From Mobula hypostoma (Eukaryota): DNA of 64,000 nucleotides. Below the pieces are notes generated by a model. It was given only the letters and a program-made list of their open reading frames with translations, was not told the DNA's origin and ran no database searches. The number at the start of each line of letters is the position of its first letter. Position 1 is the first letter of the stretch. The DNA lies in contig NC_086097.1 in assembly GCF_963921235.1 (NCBI RefSeq), positions 35,652,001 to 35,716,000 of the forward strand, written 5' to 3'. This document shows positions 25,051 through 37,294 of this stretch, piece by piece. The position numbers and the translations under genes were made by a program.

Positions 25051-25901
25051 TACCTCTTCGTAGAGATGCTGCCTGACCTGCTGCGTTCATCAGCAATTCT
25101 TATGTGTGTTGCTTGAATTTGCAGCATCTGCAGAATTCCTCATGTTTGCGTTTTTAAATTTAGACACTACAGCAGAAAAATAGACAGAGGGACAAGACAA
25201 TAGCAATGAGTGGGAGAAGGAAAAAGATACAGACATTTAGGGAGTCAAACAGACTCACTGAGGTGAACAGGCAGGAAGGCAGAGAGACAGATATGGAGAG
25301 AGAAAGATAGTGGGAATGAGAGGGATGGGAAAGATCATCAGAGTCAATGGGGAAGGGAAGAGAAATGATAATCAGATTGACAGGGAGACAAACACAGATA
25401 GAAAAGCTAATATGCACGGATGATAGACTGACAAGAAGACAAGTACGTAGACAAGAGTGATGCACAGTTCAAGGCAGACAGGGAACAAATGAAGGGGGAC
25501 AGGTCGAATTGGTAGGTTGGCAAGGGAAAGGACAAAAGAGAGATCATCAGTTAGAGGCAATCTGATAATGAGACCAGAGATATACAGAGACAGAGTGATA
25601 GATGGGAGAGAGCACACAAGAGAGCGGAGAGAGACCATAGGATTTACCATCTTAAGTACAGGTAAGCTCACTTCATACTCTGTGTGTTTGCAAAAATAAT
25701 TCACAGTACTGGAAATTCAATCCTAATGAAGTGAAATAAGAGAAAAACAGAAAGAATGGGGAACTCACTTCAGACCCCAGTAAGATTGATCAAAGAGACA
25801 CAAGGAATCCTTGCCTGAGTATTGAAAGTCAACTCCCTGCCCTAGATGTTAAATTGAGACCCAGAACAAAGTACATTAGTAACAAAGATAAAGTAACTAT
25901 A

Positions 25902-26458
25902 CTCCCAGTGGCCACTTTATCAGGTAGTTCCTGTATCTGATAAAGTGGCCACTAAATGTATGTTCATGGTCTTTTGCTGCTGTAGCCCATCCACTTCAAG
26001 GTTCAACATGTTGTGTGTTCAGAGATGCTCTTCTACACACCACCGTTGTAACATGTGGTTATTTGAGTTACTGTCATTTTCCTGTCAGCTGGAACCATTC
26101 TACCATCTCTCATTAATGTGGCTTTTTCATCCACAAAACCAAGGCTCACTGGATGTTTCTTTTGTTTTTCACACTATCCTCTGTAAACTCCAGAGACTGT
26201 TGTGCTTGAAATTCCCGGGAGACCTGCAGTTTCTGAGATACTCAAACCACCTCGTCTGGCACCAACCATCATTCCACAGTCAAAGTCACTTAGGTCACAC
26301 TCCTTCCCCATTCTGATGTCTGATCTGAACAACAACTGAACCTTTTGACTAGGTTTGCATGATCTTATGCATTGAGTGGCTTCCAAATGATTGACTGATT
26401 AGAAATTTGCATTAACGAACACGTGCATCAATGCACCTAATAAAGTGGCCACAGTGTG
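25902..26458 (-). mobile_element. Tc1-family non-autonomous DNA transposon
   Basis: TIR core agtggccactttat / taataaagtggccac; TA flanks; HTH remnant MGKECDLSDFDCGMMVGARRGGLSISETAGLPG. Confidence 0.88.
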
Positions 26459-28209
26459 TACATTACAAACTCTACTGCCTTACAGCATACAAACACTCGC
26501 ATTTTCTGGCCTCCATCCATTGTCTTCAGTAATTAACTGATACAGTCCAGGACTGGAAGGCCTTCGGTCTGCTGTGCTGAAACCACAGATCAATGGTGGA
26601 CCTGCAACCAAGTTTCTCCAACTGGATAAAGCAAAAACTGCAGTGGCTATCAACAGTTAACACAAGATGGAATCAGCCCACAGTGAAAGAAACCCCTGCA
26701 TGCAGTCTGATATTGGAAGGATTTAATTAAAAGTTGAGCAAGGTAGCATAAGTCCGTGACACAGTTGGTAGTACGATTGACAGAGAGTGCTAGGCAGTGG
26801 CACTGAAATACAAACACTGCCCTCCATTCTGTAGCAGAGGTCTGTTAACTCATCAGATTGTAAAACATACCTCAAAATTCTAATTTTCCTGAGGTGCTTA
26901 GTCCCACTTAACTATGCTGCAATGTTCATTAGCATAGTGCCTTATATCACAATTCTTTACATCTGAAATTTACCTCCTGTTTTCTCCATAATGATGACTG
27001 ACATCCTTAATAGAAACATACGGCTGTTAATAACCAAAATTCTGTCAGAAACAATTGCAGTGAAAATTTTTCCCTCTTTATGAATGCCCCTGGGTTTCCT
27101 TTTGGATGAGTCAACGATCTATTAATAAGCCCTGTGCATTAGGTTAGTGGTTGGATTAGCTGCAGAGATTTCGGTGGCGTTGGCAGGTCTAAAAGGCACT
27201 AAGAATCTAAAGTTTGACTGGAGTCATGTGTAAACCAAATGAGAGAAGTTTGGCTTGTTCTCCTCCCCACAGGGGTGAGGATCAGAATATGAAATCCTGG
27301 CAGCATATATGGTGAATTGTTCCACTGCCAATGCACAAGTTAGCCAATTTTATTGAGTTCACTCTCCTGTATTCCCTCAGTGGGATATACATTCATGTCT
27401 GTTTCTGTAGTATCATTACTACTAACCCCACTGTTTTTAATTAACATAAGTGAAGGCACATTCTGTTTTTGTATCCAATTCAGGCAGCTCTCCAACCCAA
27501 TCAAACACATTCGGAGACTAAAATTGAATACAGGAAATCAGGACATTTCTTAGATTGTCCCGATACTTACAAAAGTCTCAAAAGTCCACCCACCAAAACT
27601 CAAAGGACTCATTTTACAATGTGCCTGCCAGCAATTTCCACCATGAATACTGTGGTTAGGTTTAGGCTCCCTACATGATCTGACAACAGCATCACCAGGG
27701 GCGAATCCACCATCCTCAATATAATCTGTGACTAATCTTTTATACTATTGGTAGTAAGGGATACAACTTGGGCTCTGATGTGATGTTTATTGAGATTCAA
27801 GCAAGGAAATAGCACAAATGGATAAATGGCCAAGGTTAATTTACAAAATGGCCACACGTGGGTTTTCAGTACAATGGAGTAGGTGTCATGGCAACATTTG
27901 CATTCATGGAAATATGGCAGCTATTCTAACTTACTTAGTGATCTATCAGGAGTGAGTGAAGGGCAGGAACCCATTAATATTGGAGGTTGTCAGAGGAATA
28001 CCAATTTTGATGCCACTAGTCTTCAAGTTTCCGCACTTTATACAAGTGTAATGGCCCTTTAAAAGCAGCATATACTAACTAGTTTGAACTTGACGTAATG
28101 TTGTAGGCTTTACTACTATATTGAGAGGTATTGCCTACAACAGAGCTTGGTCTCTGGTAATCTAGTAACCACCCCCTGCCCCCCGCCAGCTCATTAAAAT
28201 TCATATGGT

Positions 28210-28553
28210 AGCCAGTGTGAAAGGGCTATCGTGCTTTAAAAGAAACATGGACATGCATCTTTCAATTTGTAATGTGAAGTTCAGTATCTGGAACGTTTAC
28301 AGCCCCCATAAACCACCCCAGCAACTTGGCTCGAGGTGGCAGGTTTTTCACAGGGAGGGTGATGAATATTTGGAATAAACTGCCAGATAAAGTTGTAAAG
28401 GCAGATGCAATTACAGCATTGAAAAAGAGGTTGTAAATTTCCTTGGATAAGACAGGCATAGGAGAGTACAAACGATACAGCCAGCGGGATTTGTGTGAAT
28501 AGATATCACTGCCATATGGATGAGGTGAGCCAGAAGGGGTTTTATCAGTTCTG
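28210..28553 (+). mobile_element. Degenerate CR1 3' fragments
   Basis: tttttcacagggagggtgatgaatatttggaataaactgccag... (FFTQRV-WN-LP motif). Confidence 0.6.
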
Positions 28554-28555
28554 TA

Positions 28556-29038
28556 CACTCAGAGGCCACTTTATTAAGTACACCTGCCCCTTAATACAAA
28601 TACCTATGTGGCAGCAACTCAGTGCACAAGAGTATGCAGCCATGGTCAAGAGGCTCAGTTGTTGTTCAGACCAAACTTCAGAACGTGGAAGGAACGCGAT
28701 CTAGGTAATTAACAGTATCTCAGACTGTTTCTATCTCAGAAACAGTTCTGGGACTTTCACCCTCAAGTATCTCTAGAGTTTACAGAGAGTGCTGCAAAAA
28801 ACAAAAGCATGCAGTGATCAGCAGTTCTGTGGGCGAGAATGCCTTGTTAATTGGAGGGGTCAGAGGAGATAGGCCAGACCGGTTCAATCAAGCTGACAGG
28901 AAGGTGACAGTTATTCAAATAATCAGGTGTTACTATAGTGGTGTGAAGAAGAGCATCAAACCTTGAAGTGGATGGGCTACAGCAGCAGAAGACAACACTG
29001 GGACTCTCTTCTGTACCTAATAAAGTGGCCACTGAGCG
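28556..29038 (+). mobile_element. Tc1-family non-autonomous DNA transposon (same family as 25902)
   Basis: ta-cactcagaggccactttattaagtaca ... tgtacctaataaagtggccactgagcg-ta. Confidence 0.88.
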
Positions 29039-29849
29039 TACATTGCTGTGACTCTGTTTCTGTGGACACACCAAACAATGAACAGGCCCCAAGGAACGTA
29101 AAACTATGATTATGTCAGAATTAAATCTAATCCCATCTAATACCCCCTTCTGTCTTTTCAAACAAAAGGATTTCTGTCTAATACCCTTTTATTCTTCCAG
29201 CACTGAGATATAGCTAACATAAAATACATACACACATTGAAAATTATTATAAACCAAATGAAGGATATTCAACACAAACATTAACTCTTTGTCTCTCTCC
29301 ACAGATGTTGCCTGACCTGCTATGAGTATCCAGCATTCTCTGTTCTTATTTCATATTTCCAGTACCTGTAGATTTTTAAAAACATTTTCCATTATAGATC
29401 TAGTTTATTCCTGGTTGTTGGAGCTATTTTTGACCCTCTCACGGGTTTTGTATCAGCCTTCAAGAAATGTGGTTCTGGTTTTGAACTCAGGTGCCTGGAA
29501 AGCTGCTCCCAGCGTATCGGAGTTCAATGGTTAAGTTACTGGACGGCAACCTGAGTCTGAGGCCATCAGTTCAGAGACACAAGTTTAGTTTAAATTCAAG
29601 TGGCAAAACAAAACCAAATTTTGGACAAAAGCTGGTTTTGGTAATGGAAATAATCAGATTGTCATAAGAACCCATCGGCTTTATCGGTGCTGCTCAGTAA
29701 AACGACATTTCTCATCTCAGTCTGGTCTGGCCTGTATTCCACTCACAAGTGTAGTTGACTCATAACTGCTTCTGAAATTAGGGACAAGAAATACTGCTAT
29801 TGCCAGTGATGTTCATAATTTGTGAGCTTAAAAACCACTTAGGTCAGTA

Positions 29850-32140
29850 TCAGATTCAGAATCTGGTTTCATATCACTGGCACACATACGTCATGAAGTT
29901 TGTTGTTTTGTAGCAGCAGTACATTGCAATATATAATAATAAAAGCTATAAATTACAATAATAAATTTAAATTAAAAAAGTAATGCAAAAAGAGAGCAAA
30001 AAGAAAAGAAAGTGAGGTAGTGTACATGGGTTCATTGTCCATTCAGAAATCTATTACTAGTGGGGGGAGAAGCTGTTTCTAAAATGTTGATGTGGGCTTC
30101 TGTAGCTGCTCCTTTATGGGTGATGGGGGTCCTTAATGAAGGATGCCACCTTTTTGAAGCATCGCTTTTGATGATGTTCTTGATGCAGGGAAGGCTAGTG
30201 CCCATGATGAAGCTGGCTGAGTTGCAGCTTTCTGCAGCTTTTTTTCCCAATCCTGTGCAGTGGCTCCTCCATACCAGGTGATGATGCAACCATTTAGAAT
30301 GCTCTCCACGGAGTATCTGTAGAAATTTGCGTGAGTCTTTCGTGACATACCAAGCCTCCTCAAGCTCCTAATGAAATATATATCCATTGTCATGCCTTCT
30401 TTATAATTGTATCAAAATCTTCCGTAGACCCAGGATAGATCTTCAGAGATGCTGACACCCAGGAACTTGACCCTTTCCACTGCTGATCCTTGATGAGGAC
30501 TGGTTTGTGTTCCTTTGACTTCCCCTTCCTGACATCTACAATCAATTCTTTGGTCTTACTGACATTGAGTGCAAGGTTGTTTCAACACCACTCAATCAGC
30601 TGATTTATCTCACTCCTGTACATTTTCTCATCACCATCTGAAATTCTGCCAATTGCGTCATTGGCAAATTAAAGGATGGCATTTGAGCTGTGCCTAGCCA
30701 CACAGTCATGGGTGTAGAGAGTGGAGAGCAGAGGGCTAAGCATACACCCCTGAAGTACACCAGTGTTGATTGTCGGTAGGGAGGAAATGTTATTTCTGAT
30801 CTGAACTGACTGGTCTCCCGATGAGGAAGTCAAGGATCCAGTTGCAAAGGGAGGTACAGAGGCCCAGGTTATGGAGGTTGTTGATTATAAATGGGAGAAT
30901 GATTGTGTTGAATGCTGAACTGTAATCAATAAACAGCAGCCTGATATAGGTATTGCTATTGTCCAGATGATCCGAGGCCAAGTGGAGAGCCAGTGAGATC
31001 ACATCACTGTACACCTATTGTGGCAATAGGCAAATTGCAGCAAATCCAGGTCCTTGCTGAGGCAGGAGTTAATTCCAGCCATGACCAACCTCTCAAAGCC
31101 CTTCATCACTGTGATGCCACTGGGTGATAGTCATTGAGGCAGCTCACCCTGCTCTTCCTGGGTACTGGTGTGATTGTCGCCCTTTTGAAGCAGGTGGGAA
31201 CCTCTGACTGTAGAAGTGAGAGATTGAAAATGTCCTTGAACACTTCTGTCAGTTGGTTGGCACTGGTTTTCAGTGCCCGACCAGCTACACCATCAGATCC
31301 AGATACCTTGCGGAAGTTAATCCTCGTGAAAGGTGTTCTGACGTTGGCCTCTGAGAGAAAGATTGCAGGATCACCAGACCCTGCAGGGTGCACACAGGTG
31401 TAATTTTATTCTCCCTTTCATTGAGCTCATCTGAGAGTGAAGCTTGATGGCCGTTCATGATGTGAGGTTTCACAATGTAATGGACTGCGAGCCCTGCCAG
31501 AGCTGACATGGTTTTACCTCTAACTTCAATCAGAATTGTTTCTTCGCTCTTAAAGTTGCATTCTGTAGATCGTACCGAGACTTCTTGTATAGGTCAGGAT
31601 CACTGATCTGCGGCCCTTAATAGCCTACAAATCTCCTGGTTCATCCATGGCTTTTGGTTTGAGTATGTCTGGCATGTTCTTGAAGGCACACTCTCATCTA
31701 CACAGGTCTTGATGAAGTTGGTGACAACTGTGGCGTATTCACTTAGATCTGAAGATGAGTCCCTGAATGTTGTCCAACGTAACAACTCAAAGCAGTCCTG
31801 TGAGCACTCCTCTGCCTCCCTTGACCATACTGTTTTGGTCTTCATCGCTGGTGCTGTAGTCTTTAGTCTCTCCCTATACATGGGGAGTAGAAGTACAACC
31901 AGGTGGTCAGACTTTCCAAAGTGTAGGTGTAGGATAGCATGGTAAGCGATCTTGATGGTGGTTAACATTGGTCAAGTGTTTTGGCTCCTCTGGTTCCGCA
32001 GCTGCTATGGTTTTTTCAAAGACTTCTTCATGCTGGCTTGGTTGAAACCCCCGGCAATGATAGGGAAGGCATCCGGGTTCACTGCTTCGGGACTGCTGGT
32101 CACAGCGCTCATCTCCTCCAGTGCCTGCCTGACGTTGGTC
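29850..32140 (-). mobile_element. Rex1/Babar LINE with APE and RT remnants
   Basis: FGKSDHLVVLLLP; KVSGSDGV...[23 protein letters not shown]...CNWILDFL; tail accagattctgaatctga. Confidence 0.9.
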
Positions 32141-32673
32141 TCGTTTTACATTGCCTAGCCCCAATGGTTAAGCATGTCTCAAGAGGTTGCAGGCATGTTG
32201 CTAGTGTTGGGAGAGTCAGCAGTGAGGAACAGGCCAAAGAATGGTTCGGTTGAAGATGCAGATTATCACTTTTAGCAAAGTGTAGTTGAGGAAAGGCTGA
32301 GCAAAGAGTGGGTTGGAGAAGCACAGGACAGAAATGCAGCTGGGGTCAGGGGGGCAGGTATTAACAAAGAATGAGTAGGAAAGTCATAGGAGCAGCTGAA
32401 ATCTTCAAAATTATCTTCATGGTACCTTACATCCTAGCCCAAACCCCACCACAATCCCCCTAAAAATCCCATTTGCAACTGCCAGCAGTTTGGAGTGATT
32501 TTTTATTAATCAGCTCTTCACTGTAGCCACTAAAGTGGTGTAGAGCAGGAGAGGAGAGCTGCATTTTGCCACACCAGCTGTCTGAAGTGGAAGGTGGGAC
32601 ACTTAGCAAAATTAAATAAGTAATGTTGATGCTGCAGTTCAGAACAGCAGATTAACAGAAGCAGGATAAATAT

Positions 32674-32903
32674 TGAAGCACCTTCAATTACTCCAAAAGA
32701 CTGAGGTTTGGTAAAATACTGAAAGGCTTTTATTCGCTGTACAATACGACCTCCACAGTGAGTGCCTGCCCCCGGACTGAGCGGGGAGGGGCAAGGCGAA
32801 CACCTTTATACAGGACTCTGTGGGAGGAGCCACAGGGGCAGTCAGCAGAAGGGTGTGTCCAGACAGGTAACCGAGTTACAACATATATACATGGTTTACC
32901 ACA
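32674..32903 (-). mobile_element. Solo LTR (230 bp) of an LTR retrotransposon
   Basis: TG...CA ends (minus strand TGTGGTAAACC...GGTGCTTCA); TATAAA and AATAAA in order on the minus strand; 5-bp TSD aatat / aatag. Confidence 0.8.
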
Positions 32904-32944
32904 AATAGTGGCATTGTAATATAAATTTTAAGATAATAGAACGC

Positions 32945-33290
32945 AGAGGGGCAGCACAGCAGTTACTGAAGCTGCCGTACAGCTCCAGCATCCTGGGTTC
33001 AATCCTAAACTCTGGTGCTGTCGGTGTGCTGATCAAATGTTTTGTCTGTGATGAGCTTCCTTCAGTCTCTCTGGTTTCCTCCCACATTCCTAAACTTGTG
33101 CCAATGGATAGGTCGATTGCTGTTGAGAATTACCAGTCGAAGAAGTGGGTGGCAGGAAAATCAGGGAGCTGTTGTGCAAGTGAGAGAGGATAGGGATTCA
33201 GGAGAATATGCAGGATAATGGGACCCTGGGAACCAGCATAAATTTATTGGGTCAAATGGGCTCCTTCAGTGCTATAAGAACAAATATGAA
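32945..33290 (+). mobile_element. Old tRNA-derived V-SINE-like element
   Basis: B box gggttcaatcc; ggtttcctcccacattcctaaa core. Confidence 0.65.
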
Positions 33291-33780
33291 ATTGGCCCAA
33301 GGCCACAATACTTTCTACCAAAAATATTTTACCTCATGTTTCAGAGACCATTTAATTGCAAAAGCAATTTGGGATTCAAACACAATGAGGCATAAAATTA
33401 TAACACATCAGCCAAACTGAGGAATCCTTCACCATTTGCAGGCCCCGATAAATTCTTCACACAACTGGTTATTTTCACTAAGAATAGAGAGACATCACTC
33501 ACCTGGTCTGCTTTAGAATATTGCAATTAAAAAAGAACTCACTGAGGAATCTGGTAATTCACATGCAATTCTTGCAATAGTTGAAATTGCTATATTCTGT
33601 AACTCATCAATGTTATGTTATGTTTTCTTGGAAAAAGCCTAGTGCATAACAATTTTATTAATCTCCTTCCTCCCATTGGTCGAGTGCAGGTCCATAAGGT
33701 CACTTTTTCTAATTTCACTTTAAATTTTCCTCATAATCATTGCTGATCATTCAGATAGTGCATCCCATAAAAGGATCTAA

Positions 33781-33865
33781 CTTCTGATGAAGGGTTCCAG
33801 CCCTGATCGTTTCCACGGATGCAGCCCGACCTGCTGAGTTCCTCCAGCATGTTGTGAGTGTTGCC
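33781..33865 (+). mobile_element. Short Penelope pLTR copy starting at the hammerhead core
   Basis: ctgatgaagggttccagccctga...gacctgctgagttcctccagc; TSD aggatctaa (33772-33780, 33866-33874). Confidence 0.75.
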
Positions 33866-35289
33866 AGGATCTAATCTCTGAATGATCAACAATGCACCAT
33901 GTGGCCCATTTGAATATGATCCTATAACCTCAAGATAATAAGCACAGCAGTTTATCCATATTAAAGGCCATGGCATTACTGTCAGTTCACTGATCATATT
34001 GGATCAGAAAATGAACATTTCACAAATATTTCAGTGCTGATTAGAAAATTTTAAAATGATTTAAAATGGAAAATCATCCTTTAAATGCAAGATGTTTGTG
34101 TTAGGTTGGAGAGAGATGGGGAAGCGCTAATATGTAGAGACTAATGAATTCTGACAATGCTACACCAAGCATCTACTCACAAAGTAGACAAACATGATTG
34201 ACAGTTGCCACCCAGGTTAAACAAGCAATTTTTTTTATCATCAGTTTGAAAACGCTAGTAAATAATTGAGGAACTCACACACAAAGGTTCACAAAACCAG
34301 TGCCATACTTACATCTTATCCAAGACCACAGGTCAAATAAAAGCCGGGGGGGGGGGGGGGGAATCCTTTTCCTGCATGCTTGATGGGTGATCTGAAAAAG
34401 TGATCTAATAAAATGAAAAAGTGCCGGGTATTGATGGGGCGCGTATGGGGTCAGTGGTATTGTTAACAATTTCCACCCTTTAGAGAAGTCAAAATCTATC
34501 CCATTGTCTCCTTGATTAAGTTCATTGACATGGTGGTTACGATCTGTAAATTGCATACCTGATGCTGGTTTAGGTCAAAAACAATGTTAGAACAATAACC
34601 CAGCCTTCCTAGTCACTAGCATTTTGTAGTAAAATGCCCACTTTTTGCTGGTTTCATTTTACCATAAAGGCAGCAAATCTAATAGCTTCATATTTCCATG
34701 GCCAATTTAGCTAATTTAGATCAAAGGAAATAGATAATTACTTTATATGGTACCTCTGACTTCACCTTGCAACTGCTAATGATTATGGAAGACAATCTTT
34801 GCTCAAAGGCTAACGGTAGTTTGGTATTTCTTGTACTTTATAGAAGATTTTCAATAGCTGTTCATAGCTTTCTTGCAGCTCCAAAGACCCATGCAATATT
34901 CACATATTTTTAGATCCTAAAGTCACTATAACCTGCAAGCCACTGGGCAGAAGGCATTGAGAATAGATACCAGAATTGATAGTCTCTTCAGGAGTCGCTA
35001 TCACTCCAGATAAGTCTCCTGAAGATAACAAAAGTGGCACAGATCCAAAGGAACTCAAGAGTATTATTCAATAGAAAAACAAGAATAGGCCAATTGTTCC
35101 CCCAGGATTGATTCATCAATCCATAACGTTGCTGATCCAAAGTTCCTGCTGTTCCTGCTCTATTCCTTGATTCCCCTGTGGTTCATGTATATCTCCTTTT
35201 TAAATATGTTTACATCCACAGCTCTATGGAGTAACAAACTTCAAAGATTTGAAGCACTCTGAATGAAAAGAGTAAATAAAGTGCCAGGT

Positions 35290-35492
35290 AACACACACAA
35301 AATGCTGGAGGAACTCAGCAGGCCAGGCGGCACCTATGGGAAGGAGTACAGTCAATGTTTCGGGCCCAGTCCCTTCAGCAGGACTGTACTCTTTCCGATA
35401 GATGCTGCCTGACCTGCTGAGTTCCTCCAGCACTGTATGTGTGTGTGTTGCTTGGATTCCCAGTGTCTGTAGATTTTCCCTTGTTTGTGAAG
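35290..35492. mobile_element. Palindromic pLTR-derived mini-element with central hammerhead motif
   Basis: Inverted arms around 35354-35381; 12-bp TSD aaagtgccaggt (35278-35289, 35493-35504). Confidence 0.85.
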
Positions 35493-36597
35493 AAAGTGCC
35501 AGGTTTTAGCTTTACAAAAGCTCAGACTTTGGAACCTGAACTTCTGCCTCTTTCAATACATCACTTTGTGCAATAAGGACATTGCTGAGTATGCAATAAA
35601 CTGTGGTAAATATATTTTCTGTCTGTTGACATGCAGCACAAATATCCAAAGCAGAAAATTATAATAGCAGAGACAAATAAAACAAAATAAAAAAATAAAG
35701 CAAAAGAAAAAAGAGTAATTCCTATTAATTATTCTACCTTATTGCGCTTTTTAATGATAATTCTACATCATATCCATCCCAAGTATTACAAATGGGAAGA
35801 ATAATTATTAACTGTTGTTCTAGTTCCATATATGCAGAAAAGCTCAGAGATAAACGACCGCATCATGCAGGGGTAAAAATAAATCTCATCAGCAAAAGTT
35901 GACTTTTATGATTGGACCACCAAGTAATCAAATATAAATAAAATAATCCTCAACTCTAGAGAGAAATTTAGGTTTATCCCATGTTGGGGGTGTGGCAGTG
36001 AGGTGAAACTCATAGAGTAACTATTGTCAATGAAAAGAAAACTTAAATCATCTTTATTCTATTAACAATTTAATAATACGACAAACTGTTAATAGGTATT
36101 TATCATATTGAATGTCGGCATAAATGTTTAGGATCTCCTGGATTTGGAGCCTAGCTTTGAATAAGTTAATTGTGTACTGTTCTATTTATAGAATTATCCT
36201 GCTGCAATGTGTCACCTGGAAGAAAATTCAATCAGAAATAATTGGGCTGGAGGGATTTAGGTTGTTTGGTAGCTTCGTAGAACAGCCTGTTTCCTCAGAC
36301 ATCGACATTTTAACAAGTGCTAAAAGTGAAGATAAAATGCTTGTGCAAATATCTGGCCAAATAGCATTTTGTACAGGCCCTGCATTCAAGTATTTGTCTA
36401 TGCTTTCACACTTGGGTCTGAATGAATAAATTGTGTAAAGTTTTGGCAAGGGGCAGCTAACAATATTAATTTCAAAAGCAGCTATAAAGGGGAGACTTTC
36501 AGAAGTCACTGATATTAGTTTATTTATCAAGTCTTCGTGCACCTGTAGCTAACTGAGATACTCTACATGTGAAAGCTACGAATTGCTATATTTGCAC

Positions 36598-36866
36598 TTT
36601 ACTTACTTTCTTAAGCCTATCACCCATACAAGGGAACAGGCTGCCTACAGTAGCTCACCAGAGTCCTCTGTCCCGGGCCAGACTTTCAAGTTGCCCCCAG
36701 GCGTAGCCCATCATCTTGGTGTATTCCTTCCTCTCCCAGGGATGAGGTCTTTGGAGCTTCTGTTGGCGTTTCTGTAGCTCTGGGTTGTTGACAGGATGGG
36801 TTGCTAGCCCCACGTCCAACCCTCCTGCTTTCGTGGCCGGGCTTGAGACCATCCATGGTGGAGCTT
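36598..36866 (-). mobile_element. Bipartite RTE-derived non-autonomous element
   Basis: 5' motif gggttggacgtggggctagcaacccatcc fused to RTE 3' end GYAWGQLESLARDRGLW and an agtaagtaa tail; related fragment at about 40350-40500. Confidence 0.7.
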
Positions 36867-37294
36867 GCACTTTAGATACCTGACAAAACATGTTGGGGTT
36901 TGTTTGAGCTGCAACGCTCCAGGGATGTGTTCTCTCAATTATTGCCAAACAATTTCTATTGCACTAAAATACTTACATTCGCATTGCCCAAAATTGTCCA
37001 TTAGAATACAGAGTTTCATTCAGGATTTCTTTTTGCTCGAGATTATTTACTTCTAATTTCTTATATTCTGTTAGAATAGTTATCTTTTCTGCCCTGCTTC
37101 GCTTTTTAAACATGATTTTCCCTTCAAAGCTGTTTGCTCTTAACTTGATGGCATACAGGGAAAAAATGTATGTTCTGGGGTAGATAAAAGTGACACTGAG
37201 CTCACATATCTGTAGATTAGCATAAGTCTTGGGTGAGAGTAGGACTGATTAGGGATACAAGGTGAAACATGTACTTGGAGTTGGAAGGTAAGTA

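Larger units (their letters stand above)
24136..25152. mobile_element. Penelope-like insertion: inverted pLTR (minus, about 24136-24450), then GIY-YIG C-terminus and pLTR (plus, about 24460-25152)
   Basis: IGETRCRLGDRFAEHL / QDLPVATHFNSTSHSHSDMSIHGLLYC...RLEEQHLMFRLGSLQPDGMNIDFSNFR*; about 310-bp inverted repeat; TSD tttaaatttagaca at 24122-24135 and 25153-25166. Confidence 0.9.

Noticed and set aside
25160..25640. Purine-rich ORFs
   Set aside because: Decayed GA-rich low-complexity sequence
27563..27680. Minus-strand exon candidate ending at gtaagtat
   Set aside because: Weak acceptor and unrecognised peptide; consistent with chance
36124..36542. Overlapping 101-aa and 104-aa ORFs in unique sequence
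   Set aside because: No recognisable protein similarity and no convincing splice-site pair
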